This document shows positions 19,784 through 28,836 of a stretch of 64,000 nt of DNA, piece after piece. The DNA is taken from positions 16,539 through 80,538 of the forward strand of contig PLOH01000072.1 in NCBI GenBank assembly GCA_003142955.1. Reading direction: 5' to 3'. Source of the DNA: Opitutia bacterium. GTDB lineage: Bacteria > Verrucomicrobiota > Verrucomicrobiia > Opitutales > Opitutaceae. How positions within the stretch are numbered: the stretch's first letter is position 1; every line of letters starts with the position of its first letter. Both the position numbers and the translations under genes were made by a program. Below the pieces are notes generated by a model. That model saw only the letters and a program-made list of their open reading frames with translations, did no database searches and was not told the DNA's origin.

Positions 19784-21043
19784 TCAGCCGGCGCCAACCT
19801 CGCTGTGAAGCGGGCGGCCGCGTGGCCGGGTTTCCATTGCCTGTTTGAGCCTGGTCCGGAAGGCCGGGTAGCTAAACTGCGCGGCTCGCGCCTTGATTTT
19901 CTCGGGATCCCACCTCTGCGTCAACGCCCGCACCATGCCCGCCGCGAGCTGATCAACATTGCCGTAGTCGACGAGCATTCCAGAGGCATCATCGATGAGT
20001 TCAGGGATGGCGCCGGCCCGCGCGCCAAGACAGGGTTTGCCGCAGGCCATGGCTTCTAGAAAGACGATGCCGAAGCCCTCGGCATGACTTGGAAGGGCGA
20101 ATAAGGTGCAGTCGCGATAGGCTTGGACTAGTTTTTGGTCGTCGACAAAGCCGGGAAACCTTACCGCGGCGGAGACCCCGCGCTGCTCCGCCAACGCCAT
20201 CAGCCGTGGTCGGTCGCTACCGGTGCCGATGAGGCGCAACTGAACCCCCGGCAGCGTCTGGCACACGGTGGGCATGGCCTCAATCAGGTGATCCACGCCC
20301 TTGTAACGTTCCGCTGCATCCAGGCGGCCGACGGTCAGTATCAGGGGGGGACCATTGGATGAGGTACTATCCGACGAATCATTCGCGTACCCGCGCTCGC
20401 TTAAATCCACGGAGGGGACCAGCCCCTGCCCCGGCGCTGTGGCCGGCAGGCTGCCCGCGCCACCTGGCTTGGGCATCTTGCCCTGGTCGTCAGGCTGGTC
20501 ACCGCTCAAAACCTGATTTGCCCTCACTGCAAAGAACGGATCCAGCGCATTGGGCACGACGGCGAACCGCCAATCGGGCAGCGCAATCCGCCGTTGCATC
20601 TCGCAGCGCGTGTACTCGCTGACGCACAAGATGCGTCGGGCGCGGCGCAACGCGAGTCGCTCCAGCACGGAATAGGACTTCCAGACTTCCAGGCCATGCG
20701 CGACGAGGAAATATTCGAGCCGCGGATGGAAACTGCGGGCGAACCACGCGACGATCAACTGGCCCAGGTGACCGCAAACCAGTCGGTCGGCGCCGGAAGC
20801 TGCACGCACCGCTGCCCGAAGAAACTGCACTTTGCTTCCCCCGCAAGCCACGCGGATACCCAGACGATCGTTGCTGTAGTTCGCCAGTTTCGCGGCCGGC
20901 AGATTGTGATCGTTCAACACCACGAGGTCCACACTGTCGCCGACGCCGGCCGATTCGCACAATGCCTTTAGGTAAAGTCGCAGGATGCGCTGGATGCCGC
21001 TCTCGCGGGCAAACAACTCCGGACAGAGGAGCAGGGTTTTCAT
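19784..21043 (-). CDS. glycosyltransferase family 4 (GT-B)
   Basis: Internal ATG giving MKTLLLCPELF. C-terminal EX7E region SHAEGFGIVFLEAMACGKPCLG. Has an unusual Ser/Asp/Pro-rich insert (QPDDQGKMPKPGGAGSLPATAPGQ...NDSSDSTSSNG) between the two Rossmann halves. Confidence 0.85.
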   Translation of the reverse strand: MKTLLLCPELFARESGIQRILRLYLKALCESAGVGDSVDLVVLNDHNLPAAKLANYSNDRLGIRVACGGSKVQFLRAAVRAASGADRLVCGHLGQLIVAWFARSFHPRLEYFLVAHGLEVWKSYSVLERLALRRARRILCVSEYTRCEMQRRIALPDWRFAVVPNALDPFFAVRANQVLSGDQPDDQGKMPKPGGAGSLPATAPGQGLVPSVDLSERGYANDSSDSTSSNGPPLILTVGRLDAAERYKGVDHLIEAMPTVCQTLPGVQLRLIGTGSDRPRLMALAEQRGVSAAVRFPGFVDDQKLVQAYRDCTLFALPSHAEGFGIVFLEAMACGKPCLGARAGAIPELIDDASGMLVDYGNVDQLAAGMVRALTQRWDPEKIKARAAQFSYPAFRTRLKQAMETRPRGRPLHSEVGAG

Positions 21044-22933
21044 CTTGCTCGGGGGCGGTTGGCAAACGCGATCAGCATGGCGAGACTCCACACCCGCGAC
21101 CACTCGCGGTCGTCACGGCCCTGGAGAAAGCCCTGCCAGAACGCCTGCACGGCCGGGGCGTCGAGCAACCCGGTGCGCGCGATCGAAGGCGTGGCAAACA
21201 TGTCGTCGAGAAAGGGCTTCAGTTCGCGTCGCATCCACACCGCGAAGGGCAGGGTGAAGCCGCGCTTGGGGCGCTGGCGGATTTCCTCGGGCAGGATGTC
21301 GCGCAGGGCTGCGGCGAGCGCGGATTTCTGGCGGCCGCCCCCGGTCTTGAAGCGCGCCGGTTGGGCCCACAACCATTCGATGAACGGCCGGTCAATGAAC
21401 GGCACGCGCAACTCGAGCGAGTGTGCCATGCTCATGACGTCACTGTCCCGCAGGAGTACGTCAGCCATGTACGTGCGGAGTTCCCACGCGTTGATGGTCT
21501 GGAACGAGTCCGCCGCGGCGAGTTCAGCCGAGAGGACGGCCCAGGCCGGATGGCGGGCCGGTGCGGCGCCGACCGAGTCGCGCAGGTCCGGATGAAGCAG
21601 CGAGCGGCCCAGCTCGGTGGAGAAGACGCGGCGCTGCAGCGAGCACAGGTCGGCCAGGTTCCCGGCATACCGGAGAAAGTCCGCCAATTTGCGCTGCCGG
21701 ACCCCCCCCGGCCGAGGCGTTGCGCCAGCGCGGTGCGCACCGCGGCCGGCAACAACCGCCAGCCGGCGAGCCAGCGGGCGAGCCGGGGCAGGTCGCGGAA
21801 TGATGGATACCCACCGAACAGTTCGTCTCCCCCCAGACCGGAGAGGGCCACGGTGACCCCGCCCGCCCGCGCTGCCTGGCTGACATAGTAGGTGTTGATG
21901 CCGTCGCCCGTCGGCTGGTCGAAGGCCTGGATCAACCGGTCAAGGTCGCCGACGATCTGCCGGCCCGTCAGGACGGTTTCATGATGCTCGGTGCCCAAGG
22001 CCTGCGCGGCCCGGCGGGCCGGCTCGGCTTCCGAATAGGCGGTTTCCTCGAAGACGAGCGAGAACGTCTTGAGCCGGGTGGCTCCCAGCCGCGTCATGAG
22101 CGCCACGATGCCGGCGGAGTCCAATCCGCCGGAGAGAAAAGCCCCTACTGGCACGTCGGCGATGCGATGCGCCCGCACGGTGTCATCGAGCCGCTCGCGC
22201 AGTTCGCGGGCGAAATCCTCCGCGGTGGGGCAGATCCCGCCGACTTGAGGCGCGGTTGGAAAATGCCACCGCTGTTTGATCTCGAGTTTCCCGCCGGCCC
22301 AGCGCGCGCATTCACCCGGACGCAGGCTGAACACGCCCTGGTAAATCGTGCGGGAGTCGGAACCGTGAAAAACGCGAGGTAGTCGGCAACGGAGTGCGGA
22401 TCGATCTCGCCCATCGTCACGCCTGAGACCAGCAGGGCGTTCAGTTCCGAAGCGAAGACGAATCGACCATTGACGCTATCGTGCCGGTAATAGAGCGGCT
22501 TGATCCCGAAGGCGTCGCGAGCCAGGAACAGGCTTTGGCCTTCGTCGTCCCAGACCGCGAAGGCGAACATTCCGCGCAGACGGCCAAGGCATTCCTCGCC
22601 CCAGCGGGCAAATGCGGCCAGAAGCACCTCGGTGTCGCACTTCGACCGGAACGGATACCCACCGGCCGAGAGTTCCAGCCGCAGTTCGGCGTGGTTGTAA
22701 ATGCAGCCGTTGAAGACGAGGTGATAACGACCGCAGGCACTCGTCATGGGCTGGTGTCCGCCGGCGGGGTCGATGATGGCGAGTCGACGCATCCCCAGCG
22801 TTGCCGGACCCCGGTTGATCAAGCCCTGATCATCGGGGCCGCGGTGCAGCATGGCTTCGCACATTTGCTCGACGGACAGACACCGCTGCTCGTCAGAGCT
22901 GTTTGAACTGATCAGGCCGGCAATGCCGCACAT
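21040..22933 (-). pseudogene. asnB: asparagine synthase (glutamine-hydrolysing)-like amidotransferase split over three frames
   Basis: ORF 22145..22933 carries the Ntn domain (MCGIAG...). ORF 21432..22334 carries the PP-loop domain (FLSGGLDSAG). ORF 21040..21687 carries the C-terminus (SLELRVPFIDRPFIEW). The frame changes lie at about 22355-22362 (ccg-act, a one-G loss) and at a C8/G8 homopolymer at 21702-21709. Confidence 0.8.
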
Positions 22934-23237
22934 GCTGGGTAGCGAACGCTTCGCCCGGTCACTTCCAGCGGAAGTGACTTACCATAACGGAGATTCGGTC
23001 GGGCACTTGGGCTACGGGCGAGGGGGCTACAAGGGGGAGGCTCCAACCTTGTCCAACGGTGATAATGAAGGTGACTTTAACCGGAGACGAGCAGTTTCCG
23101 GCTCGCGCCGGAAACTGAATGGACTGTCCCGGTGGCGATCCGGTTAACTCATTGAAAGCACTTGGGACGCAGTGAACATGCTCCTCCCTGGGCATCGAGC
23201 GCAATGACCCCGATTGGCCCATTTCATGCCTTGCTTT

Positions 23238-23263
23238 CAGTTTTCAGCGTCCGCTGAAAACTG
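23238..23263 (-). terminator. 12-bp perfect hairpin abutting the DJ-1 stop codon
   Basis: cagttttcagcg-tc-cgctgaaaactg lies immediately 3' of the stop at 23264-23266. There is no U-tract, so a terminator function is only inferred. Confidence 0.4.
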
Positions 23264-23818
23264 TTACGCGCAGATCGAGCGCGCGATATCGCTGGCTTTT
23301 TCAGCCGACACCAGTTTTTCCACCAACAGTAGCCCGAAATCCAACGCCGTGCCGGCTCCGCGCGAAGTCAGGATGTTCCCATCAACCACGACGCGCTGGT
23401 CCGTGAGGATATCCGGTAACTCGCCGGCAACCGAAAAATGGGCGGTGTAGCGGCGGCCGTCCAGCAGGCCGGCGGCATGGAGGACGGTGGGCGCAGCACA
23501 GATAGCCGCCAGCCATTTTCCGGCGGCAGCGTGGCTCCTGACGACGGCGTCCACCCGTGGATCGGCCCGCAGGTTCTTGACGCCGGGACCGCCCGGCAGC
23601 AGCAGGAGGTCGAAAAGACGTCCTCCGATCTCGGAAAGGGCGGCGTCGGCATGTACCGTGACACCGCTACGCCCGGTGACGTGGCGCTGTTCGGCGAGCG
23701 AGGCGAGGGTCACCTCGGCACCGGCCCGGCGCAGGAGATCGACCGGGGTGAAGGTCTCGATCTCTTCGAAGCCTTCGGCGAGCAAGACAAGGACAGTAGG
23801 CATGGGGAACGGAACCAC
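23264..23818 (-). CDS. DJ-1/PfpI (ThiJ/YajL) family protein
   Basis: VLVLLAEGFEEIE, LLLPGGPG, nucleophile elbow AAICAAP. An alternative ATG lies 5 codons downstream. Confidence 0.88.
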   Translation of the reverse strand: MVPFPMPTVLVLLAEGFEEIETFTPVDLLRRAGAEVTLASLAEQRHVTGRSGVTVHADAALSEIGGRLFDLLLLPGGPGVKNLRADPRVDAVVRSHAAAGKWLAAICAAPTVLHAAGLLDGRRYTAHFSVAGELPDILTDQRVVVDGNILTSRGAGTALDFGLLLVEKLVSAEKASDIARSICA

Positions 23819-23900
23819 TAATTCACCCTGACGGACAATAATTCTTTATGTCGCGAAGTGAAGATCGGTGTACAGTAGTCTGATAATCTCTCAAATAAAG

Positions 23901-24803
23901 ATGGAATCGATCCGAGGCAAACGGTTGGTGATCTTCGGCTGCGGCTACGTCGGCACGGCGGTCGCGCGGGAGGCGCAGGCGAAGGGGATACGCGTGGAGG
24001 CGCTCACGCGCAATCCCGACCGCGCGGCGGCACTGGTCGAGTTGGGGGCGGCTGCCGTGGTGGCCGATCTCGCGACGGATACCTGGCACCAGCGCATCGC
24101 GCCGGGCGCGGAGTTCGTGCTCAATTGCGTCAGTTCGGGAGGCGGGGGAACTGCAGAGTACCGGCGATCCTATGTTGGCGGGATGCAATCGATTCTAGGT
24201 TGGGCGGGGCGCAGTGCCGAGGGCACTTTCGTCTACACCAGCAGCACATCGGTGTATCCCCAGACCGGCGGCATGGTCGTCGACGAGACTGCCCCAACTG
24301 AAGGTGCGGGTGCAAACGGGCGGATCCTGCTCGAGGCCGAGGCCTTGCTCCAAAAAGCGGGCCCGGCGTGCGGTCGATGGTTCATCCTGCGGTTGGCAGG
24401 TATTTATGGTCCAGGGCGGCATCATCTGCTCGACCAGATCCTGGGCGGGGCTGCGGAGATGGCTGGAAGCGGCGAGCAGCGCCTCAATCTGGCTCACCGC
24501 GACGACATCGTGGCGGCCATTTGGGCGGCCTTCATGTCGCCGGCAGCCGGAGGCAATCGGATTTTTAATGTGGCCGATGACGCCGCTGCAACAAAAAGCA
24601 AAGTCGTGGAGTGGCTGGCCGCCCAGGTTGGCCGGCCGCCTCCGCGCTTCTCCGGTGGCCCGGCCAGCACACGCCGCGGTTTTGCTGAGCCGCCGGACCG
24701 TTTGATCAGCAATGCCCGTATCAAGGTGGAACTGGGCTGGCGGCCGGAGTATCCGTCTTTTCGAGAGGGCTATCGGCAGATCCTGAGCGGGTTGGCGTCT
24801 TGA
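23901..24803 (+). CDS. NAD(P)-binding SDR/epimerase-family protein
   Basis: Internal ATG of ORF 23868..24803. MESIRGKRLVIFGCGYVGTAVA Rossmann motif, atypical SDR. Confidence 0.75.
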   Translation: MESIRGKRLVIFGCGYVGTAVAREAQAKGIRVEALTRNPDRAAALVELGAAAVVADLATDTWHQRIAPGAEFVLNCVSSGGGGTAEYRRSYVGGMQSILGWAGRSAEGTFVYTSSTSVYPQTGGMVVDETAPTEGAGANGRILLEAEALLQKAGPACGRWFILRLAGIYGPGRHHLLDQILGGAAEMAGSGEQRLNLAHRDDIVAAIWAAFMSPAAGGNRIFNVADDAAATKSKVVEWLAAQVGRPPPRFSGGPASTRRGFAEPPDRLISNARIKVELGWRPEYPSFREGYRQILSGLAS

Positions 24804-24906
24804 CGCGGCAGCCGCCCGCGCACGTTGATGCCTCGCTTGTCCTGCGGTAGCCACTGGACCTGCCGCCGAACCGCTCGCCGCTCGACCTCCTGAAGCGGGG
24901 GGACTT

Positions 24907-24995
24907 CCGATCCGCGATGTCATCTATTAAATGACAAATGTTATGGGGAGGCGCCGTTCGGGTTTTGTCATTTAATAGATGACATCGCGGATCGG
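24907..24995. repeat. perfect 32-bp inverted repeat with 25-nt spacer
   Basis: Left arm: ccgatccgcgatgtcatctattaaatgacaaa (24907-24938). Right arm: tttgtcatttaatagatgacatcgcggatcgg (24964-24995). Each arm contains its own sub-palindrome tgtcat-N7-atgaca. AT-rich relative to the flanks. Confidence 0.85.
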
Positions 24996-25082
24996 CCCTT
25001 CACTTATGTCTTGCAGAATACAGGGGGTCACTAGTGTCCGTAGGTGTTCTGCGGCGGTTAAACCTAAACCCTGATTTCTCCC

Positions 25083-25391
25083 ATGCCCGGTGTCGGCAAG
25101 CTCCTCAAACAAGCCCAGAAGATGCAGCGCCAGATGGAATCGCTCCAGGCGCAGCTTGAAACCAAGGAGATCGATGTCACGGCCGGCGGCGGGGCCGTGG
25201 CGGTGAAGATCAGCGCCTCCGGTAAGTTTCTGGCGCTGAAGCTCGATCCGGAATTCCTCAAGGAGGATCCCAAATTCGTGGAAGAGACCCTGCTCCTGGC
25301 GCTGCAGGACGCCGCGAAGCAGGCCAAGACGCTCTATGACGCCGAGATGCAGAAAGTCACCTCGGCCTTTCAGGTGCCCGGTTTCGGCTGA
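25083..25391 (+). CDS. ybaB: nucleoid-associated protein YbaB/EbfC
   Basis: 102 aa. KLLKQAQKMQRQMESLQAQLE...VTAGGGAVAVKISASGK. Conserved pairing with recR. Confidence 0.92.
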   Translation: MPGVGKLLKQAQKMQRQMESLQAQLETKEIDVTAGGGAVAVKISASGKFLALKLDPEFLKEDPKFVEETLLLALQDAAKQAKTLYDAEMQKVTSAFQVPGFG

Positions 25392-25432
25392 CGCCGGAAC
25401 CGTAATGTTTTCGCGCAATGAAAACATAACCT

Positions 25433-26026
25433 ATGACCCCCGCGTTCGAAAAACTCCAAAAATACCTGAAGCAGTTGCCCGGGATGGGCTACCGGTCCGC
25501 GGAGCGGATCGCCCTGCATCTGCTGGTTGAGCGACCGGAACGGCTGCCTGCTTTGGTCGAGGCGTTGCAGTCCGCGGCGGCGGCGGTGCATCGTTGTTCG
25601 CGGTGCGGGAATCTGGCGGAAGGAGAGCAGTGCGCGATTTGTGCCGATGACAAAAGGCCGTCGAGCGTGGTCTGTGTGGTCGAACACGTCCCCGATTTGG
25701 TTGCGATCGAGCGGTCCGGCGCATTCCGAGGTACCTATCATGTGCTGCATGGCAAGCTGTCGCCGATCCAAGGGGTCGGTCCGGAGCATCTGAATCTCTC
25801 GTCGCTCGTCGCCCGCATCGAAGCCGGGGAGATCCAAGAACTCATTCTGGCCCTCTCCAACGACGTGGAGGGCGAGGCTACCTGTCATTATCTGGTGGAT
25901 CGCGTGCCGGCGGGCCGGGTGAAGGTGACGCGCATCGGCTTTGGCCTGCCCAGCGGCGGAGGCGTGCTGTATGCGGACTCGGTTACGCTCAAGAGCGCGC
26001 TGGACGGGCGTCGGAGCTTCTCATGA
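25433..26026 (+). CDS. recR: recombination protein RecR
   Basis: HhH motif LPGMGYRSAERIALHL, zinc finger CSRCGNLAEGEQCAIC, Toprim region VCVVEHVPD...LALSNDVEGEAT. Confidence 0.95.
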   Translation: MTPAFEKLQKYLKQLPGMGYRSAERIALHLLVERPERLPALVEALQSAAAAVHRCSRCGNLAEGEQCAICADDKRPSSVVCVVEHVPDLVAIERSGAFRGTYHVLHGKLSPIQGVGPEHLNLSSLVARIEAGEIQELILALSNDVEGEATCHYLVDRVPAGRVKVTRIGFGLPSGGGVLYADSVTLKSALDGRRSFS

Positions 26027-26129
26027 TGCGGCTGGTGGTGCCGTCTGACCGGCAATTCAGGATTGCGGAGCGGGCAATTCTGATTTTCATGGCCGCACGA
26101 TCCATTGCGGGCCCGTCCGCGTGTGCCAG

Positions 26130-26203
26130 GCGCCATTAGTTCATCGGTAGAACGCGAGCTTCCCAAGCTTGAGAGGTGGGTTCGATTCCCACATGGCGCA
26201 CCA
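26130..26203 (+). tRNA. tRNA-Gly (anticodon CCC), CCA encoded
   Basis: Hand-folded cloverleaf. Acceptor GCGCCAT/ATGGCGC, D arm GTTC-ATCGGTA-GAAC, anticodon arm CGAGC-TTCCCAA-GCTTG, 4-nt variable loop, T arm GTGGG-TTCGATT-CCCAC, discriminator A plus CCA. Confidence 0.9.
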
Positions 26204-26317
26204 TTCAAAGCAGTTCAGGCAGGCTTCGCCCATGCGTCGTTCCTCCTGGAGGTCGCTGACCCAGTAAGTGGACTACCTGGGCCGAATGCACAGTCGTATT
26301 AGCCATAGTTTCACTCC

Positions 26318-26343
26318 ACGGGGTTCGAATCCCGGTGAGAGCA
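26318..26343 (+). other. tRNA 3'-half-like fragment (T-arm plus acceptor strand), not a complete tRNA
   Basis: acgggg-ttcgaat-cccggt followed by tgagagc-a. The canonical T-loop TTCGAAT is present with a 4/5-bp stem. No matching 5' acceptor strand (gctctca) lies upstream. Confidence 0.35.
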
Positions 26344-26779
26344 GCAGTGGCGTTAATCGTGTTTGTTGCAAGCTGGAAGGACTATTCAAGAAGAGAGCGG
26401 GGAAGTCCACAGTCGATGGTTTTCCGATCTCAATCGATTCGGACTCGGCCTTGTTTCGGCGTTCGGTTTTCTGTACTCACGCTTGAGCTCTCGGTTCCGG
26501 CTGCGCTGGATCAGGTGGTGAGCCGAAGAACTGTTGGCTGACAAGTTGCGGTTTGCGATTGCCTGGAAATGACTGGCAGGTTGTTTGGCGGGGTGCTGAC
26601 AGCCGAACAACTTTTGGACGACGTTTGCTGCTCTGATCCGGCGAAAGTGGCGGCCGCGTTGCAGGACGCGCGTGGACGGAAAGGCGAGCTTGCCGAAGAG
26701 ATTGTCGCGCGGTTGGAGGACGCCGCAGCCCATCCTGATCGCTGGGGTGGCGCGGGGACGATGGGAACGTGAGGCAGCG

Positions 26780-27301
26780 ATGGAATGGCTCAGGGCGTTG
26801 AGCGTTTCGCTCAACCCGGACGCGGAAAACGGCGTCGACTTCGCCAACGAAATTGTCGATGCGGCGCTGCTGCTGGGCGCTTGGGAACTGCGTGGTACCG
26901 TCCTGGGTCTCTATGATCGCGGACTTGCCGATCCGGGCTACGTGGAACTGGAATACGTCGAGGAGAAACTTGTGCCCGGCGCTGAGCTGAACGAGCCCGA
27001 GAAAGACCGCTTGGCCGATACGGTCACCGACGCTTGGGAAGCGGTGAGCGGGTGGGCGTTTTTCGATCCAGATGAACCCGGGTACGGGCTGCCGGTGCGG
27101 CCTCCGAAATCGCTTCTGGATCCGCCTCCGATGCCGATCGACGATGACTACGCAAGCGGCGTGCCCCAACCATACGCGGCTCCCTACAAGCCGGGCCGGA
27201 ACGATCCATGTCCTTGCGGCAGCGGAAAGAAGTTCAAGAAGTGCTGCGGGGCGGGCTCATCCGTGGTACGTTCGTGGCGCCGGATGTTTTGGGCTGGTTG
27301 A
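26780..27301 (+). CDS. SEC-C motif protein (DUF1186-like C-terminal region), probably a truncated or decayed gene
   Basis: The C-terminus [19 protein letters not shown] is the SEC-C metal-binding motif. [19 protein letters not shown] and SGWAFF resemble the DUF1186 C-terminal third. An N-terminal-like fragment (26569..26772, LTAEQLLDD...[19 protein letters not shown]) sits in another frame and the middle of the family is missing. Confidence 0.55.
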   Translation: MEWLRALSVSLNPDAENGVDFANEIVDAALLLGAWELRGTVLGLYDRGLADPGYVELEYVEEKLVPGAELNEPEKDRLADTVTDAWEAVSGWAFFDPDEPGYGLPVRPPKSLLDPPPMPIDDDYASGVPQPYAAPYKPGRNDPCPCGSGKKFKKCCGAGSSVVRSWRRMFWAG

Positions 27302-27340
27302 TCGCAGGCGGATGCTGTCAGACAACGCTGACAGATGCTC

Positions 27341-27370
27341 TTGACATCTACCATTAGTGAGACTTATTGG
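27341..27370 (+). promoter_or_regulatory. candidate promoter of vapBC
   Basis: TTGACA (27341-27346), a 17-nt spacer, then ttattg, ending 7 nt before the vapB ATG. The short palindrome ctgtcag-N6-ctgacag lies just upstream (27315-27334). Confidence 0.3.
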
Positions 27371-27376
27371 TGAGAC

Positions 27377-27631
27377 ATGAAAACAGCCACCGTTCGACAA
27401 ATTCGTAACGCGTTCCCATCTGTCCTCCGGCTCATTCGCAACGGCGAGACTGTTGAAATAACGTTACGCCGGAAGGTGGTGGCCACGTTGACGCCCCCGG
27501 CAGTCAAGAAGAGGTCGCGCCGTTTACATCCGTGGGCTGACCTGGACGCACGGCTTGCTGAACTACAACAGTTGCCGATGCTTCCTGTGTCAGGTGCAGA
27601 CATGCTCGCCCAAGATCGTGATCGCTACTGA
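27377..27631 (+). CDS. vapB: type II antitoxin (Phd/YefM/VapB-like)
   Basis: 84 aa. MKTATVRQIRNAFPSVLRLIRNGETVEITLRRKVVATLTP is a typical prevent-host-death type N-terminus. Lies 8 nt upstream of a PIN toxin gene. Confidence 0.8.
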   Translation: MKTATVRQIRNAFPSVLRLIRNGETVEITLRRKVVATLTPPAVKKRSRRLHPWADLDARLAELQQLPMLPVSGADMLAQDRDRY

Positions 27632-27638
27632 CAGGCCG

Positions 27639-28073
27639 ATGATCTACGCCGACACATCGTTTCTGTTCTCTCTCGTGTTGCACGACGCGAATACGGCTGG
27701 AGTCGTTGCCTATCTGAAAGGCCATGCCGCAAGCCTTGCCTTGACGTCGTGGCAGCGAGGCGAGTTGCGCAACGCGGTTCGCCTCGCTGTTTGGCGTGGA
27801 AACTGCGATGCCTTGGCCGCGAAGCGTGCGCTTGATAAAATCACGGCGGACCTCGCGGCCGGCAATCTTGTCGAAACACCGCTCGTTTGGCCCGACGTGC
27901 TAATGATCGCCGACGAACTCAGCGAGAAACATACAACCGCCCTTGGGGTGCGTTCACTGGATTTATTGCATGTTGCCGCTGCGGTCAGCCTAAGCGCGAA
28001 GACATTTCTCACATGCGACGGAAGGCAACTTGCACTGGCGCGTGCGGCAGGCCTCCACGCCGACAAGATTTAG
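27639..28073 (+). CDS. vapC: PIN-domain ribonuclease toxin
   Basis: Internal ATG of ORF 27555..28073. MIYADTSFLFSLV (first acidic residue), LDLLHVAAA, FLTCDGRQ (C-terminal Asp). 144 aa. Confidence 0.85.
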   Translation: MIYADTSFLFSLVLHDANTAGVVAYLKGHAASLALTSWQRGELRNAVRLAVWRGNCDALAAKRALDKITADLAAGNLVETPLVWPDVLMIADELSEKHTTALGVRSLDLLHVAAAVSLSAKTFLTCDGRQLALARAAGLHADKI

Positions 28074-28139
28074 GTTCCGCGCATCCGCAAGAATTTCCCG
28101 ACGCGCGCGGAAGCTGACGCGGAACGGCAAATCCTCGAG

Positions 28140-28552
28140 GTGCAGCAGCTCCAGGGCGACACCGGCACGCGCACTGCCATCACCCGGCTTACAGAGGACC
28201 AGCTGCTCGTTGCGGAAAGAAAACGAGTGTTGCGCACGATGGGGCCGGGAGCTTGGCTGCTCCGGCTGAAATCGAATTTTCGTGGAACAGCTCGGACGGC
28301 TCAGCGTTACATGCGGCTCGCGCAGTGCGTCGCCGACGTGACTTTTTTGCAGGGCATGAGCCTGCGGCAGGTGTATGCCCGGCTCGGCATCGTCCAGACC
28401 TGCGAACGTGGCTCATGGAAGATTTCGTGCGGGATGCCGACACCCGGGCGAACTTCCTCTCTCTCGTGGAACGCCAAGTCGTCACCGATTTCAGACTTCG
28501 CCATCCGGGTACTGAGAGGGGCGTAGAATGGTTCCGTAACGAAAACGGCTAA
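28140..28552 (+). pseudogene. decayed gene for an HTH-type mobile-element-like protein
   Basis: ORF 28140..28526 carries RGTARTAQRYMRLAQ...MSLRQVYARLGIV, an HTH pattern common in plasmid and phage proteins. Protein-like sequence then continues in another frame (28253..28552: MEDFVRDADTRANFLSLVERQVVTDFRL). The competing minus ORF 28307..28819 overlaps it. Confidence 0.3.
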
Positions 28553-28836
28553 TCCAGGGGGAGCCGGCAACTCATCTGTCCTCGCCTCAGCTGCGGTCGA
28601 GCGGGTCGACCAGAGGACCGGCGGCATCGGCGGGAAGAAAATCTGGAATGTTGCCGAAGGGCCTGTTGGGGTCGCGATAGCCGAAGCCGCCCCGGCAGTC
28701 GCCAACACCATCGCGCATAGAGCGGAGACCGGAATCCAGCGCCCAGGATGACGTGCTGGAGTGTTCATTAGTACGAACAGTTTGTTGTCCGCCTTAGCGA
28801 AGCTACCAGCGGGGAGCACTGCCGCAAGAGCGAGAC

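Noticed and set aside
28307-28819. 170-aa minus-strand ORF with a signal-peptide-like start (MNTPARHPGRWIPVSALCAMVLATAGAASA)
   Set aside because: Most of its length is antisense to protein-like plus-strand fragments with HTH motifs. It has no family motif and only moderate third-position GC. The N-terminal approx 70 codons (28560-28768) might still be real, but I cannot support it.
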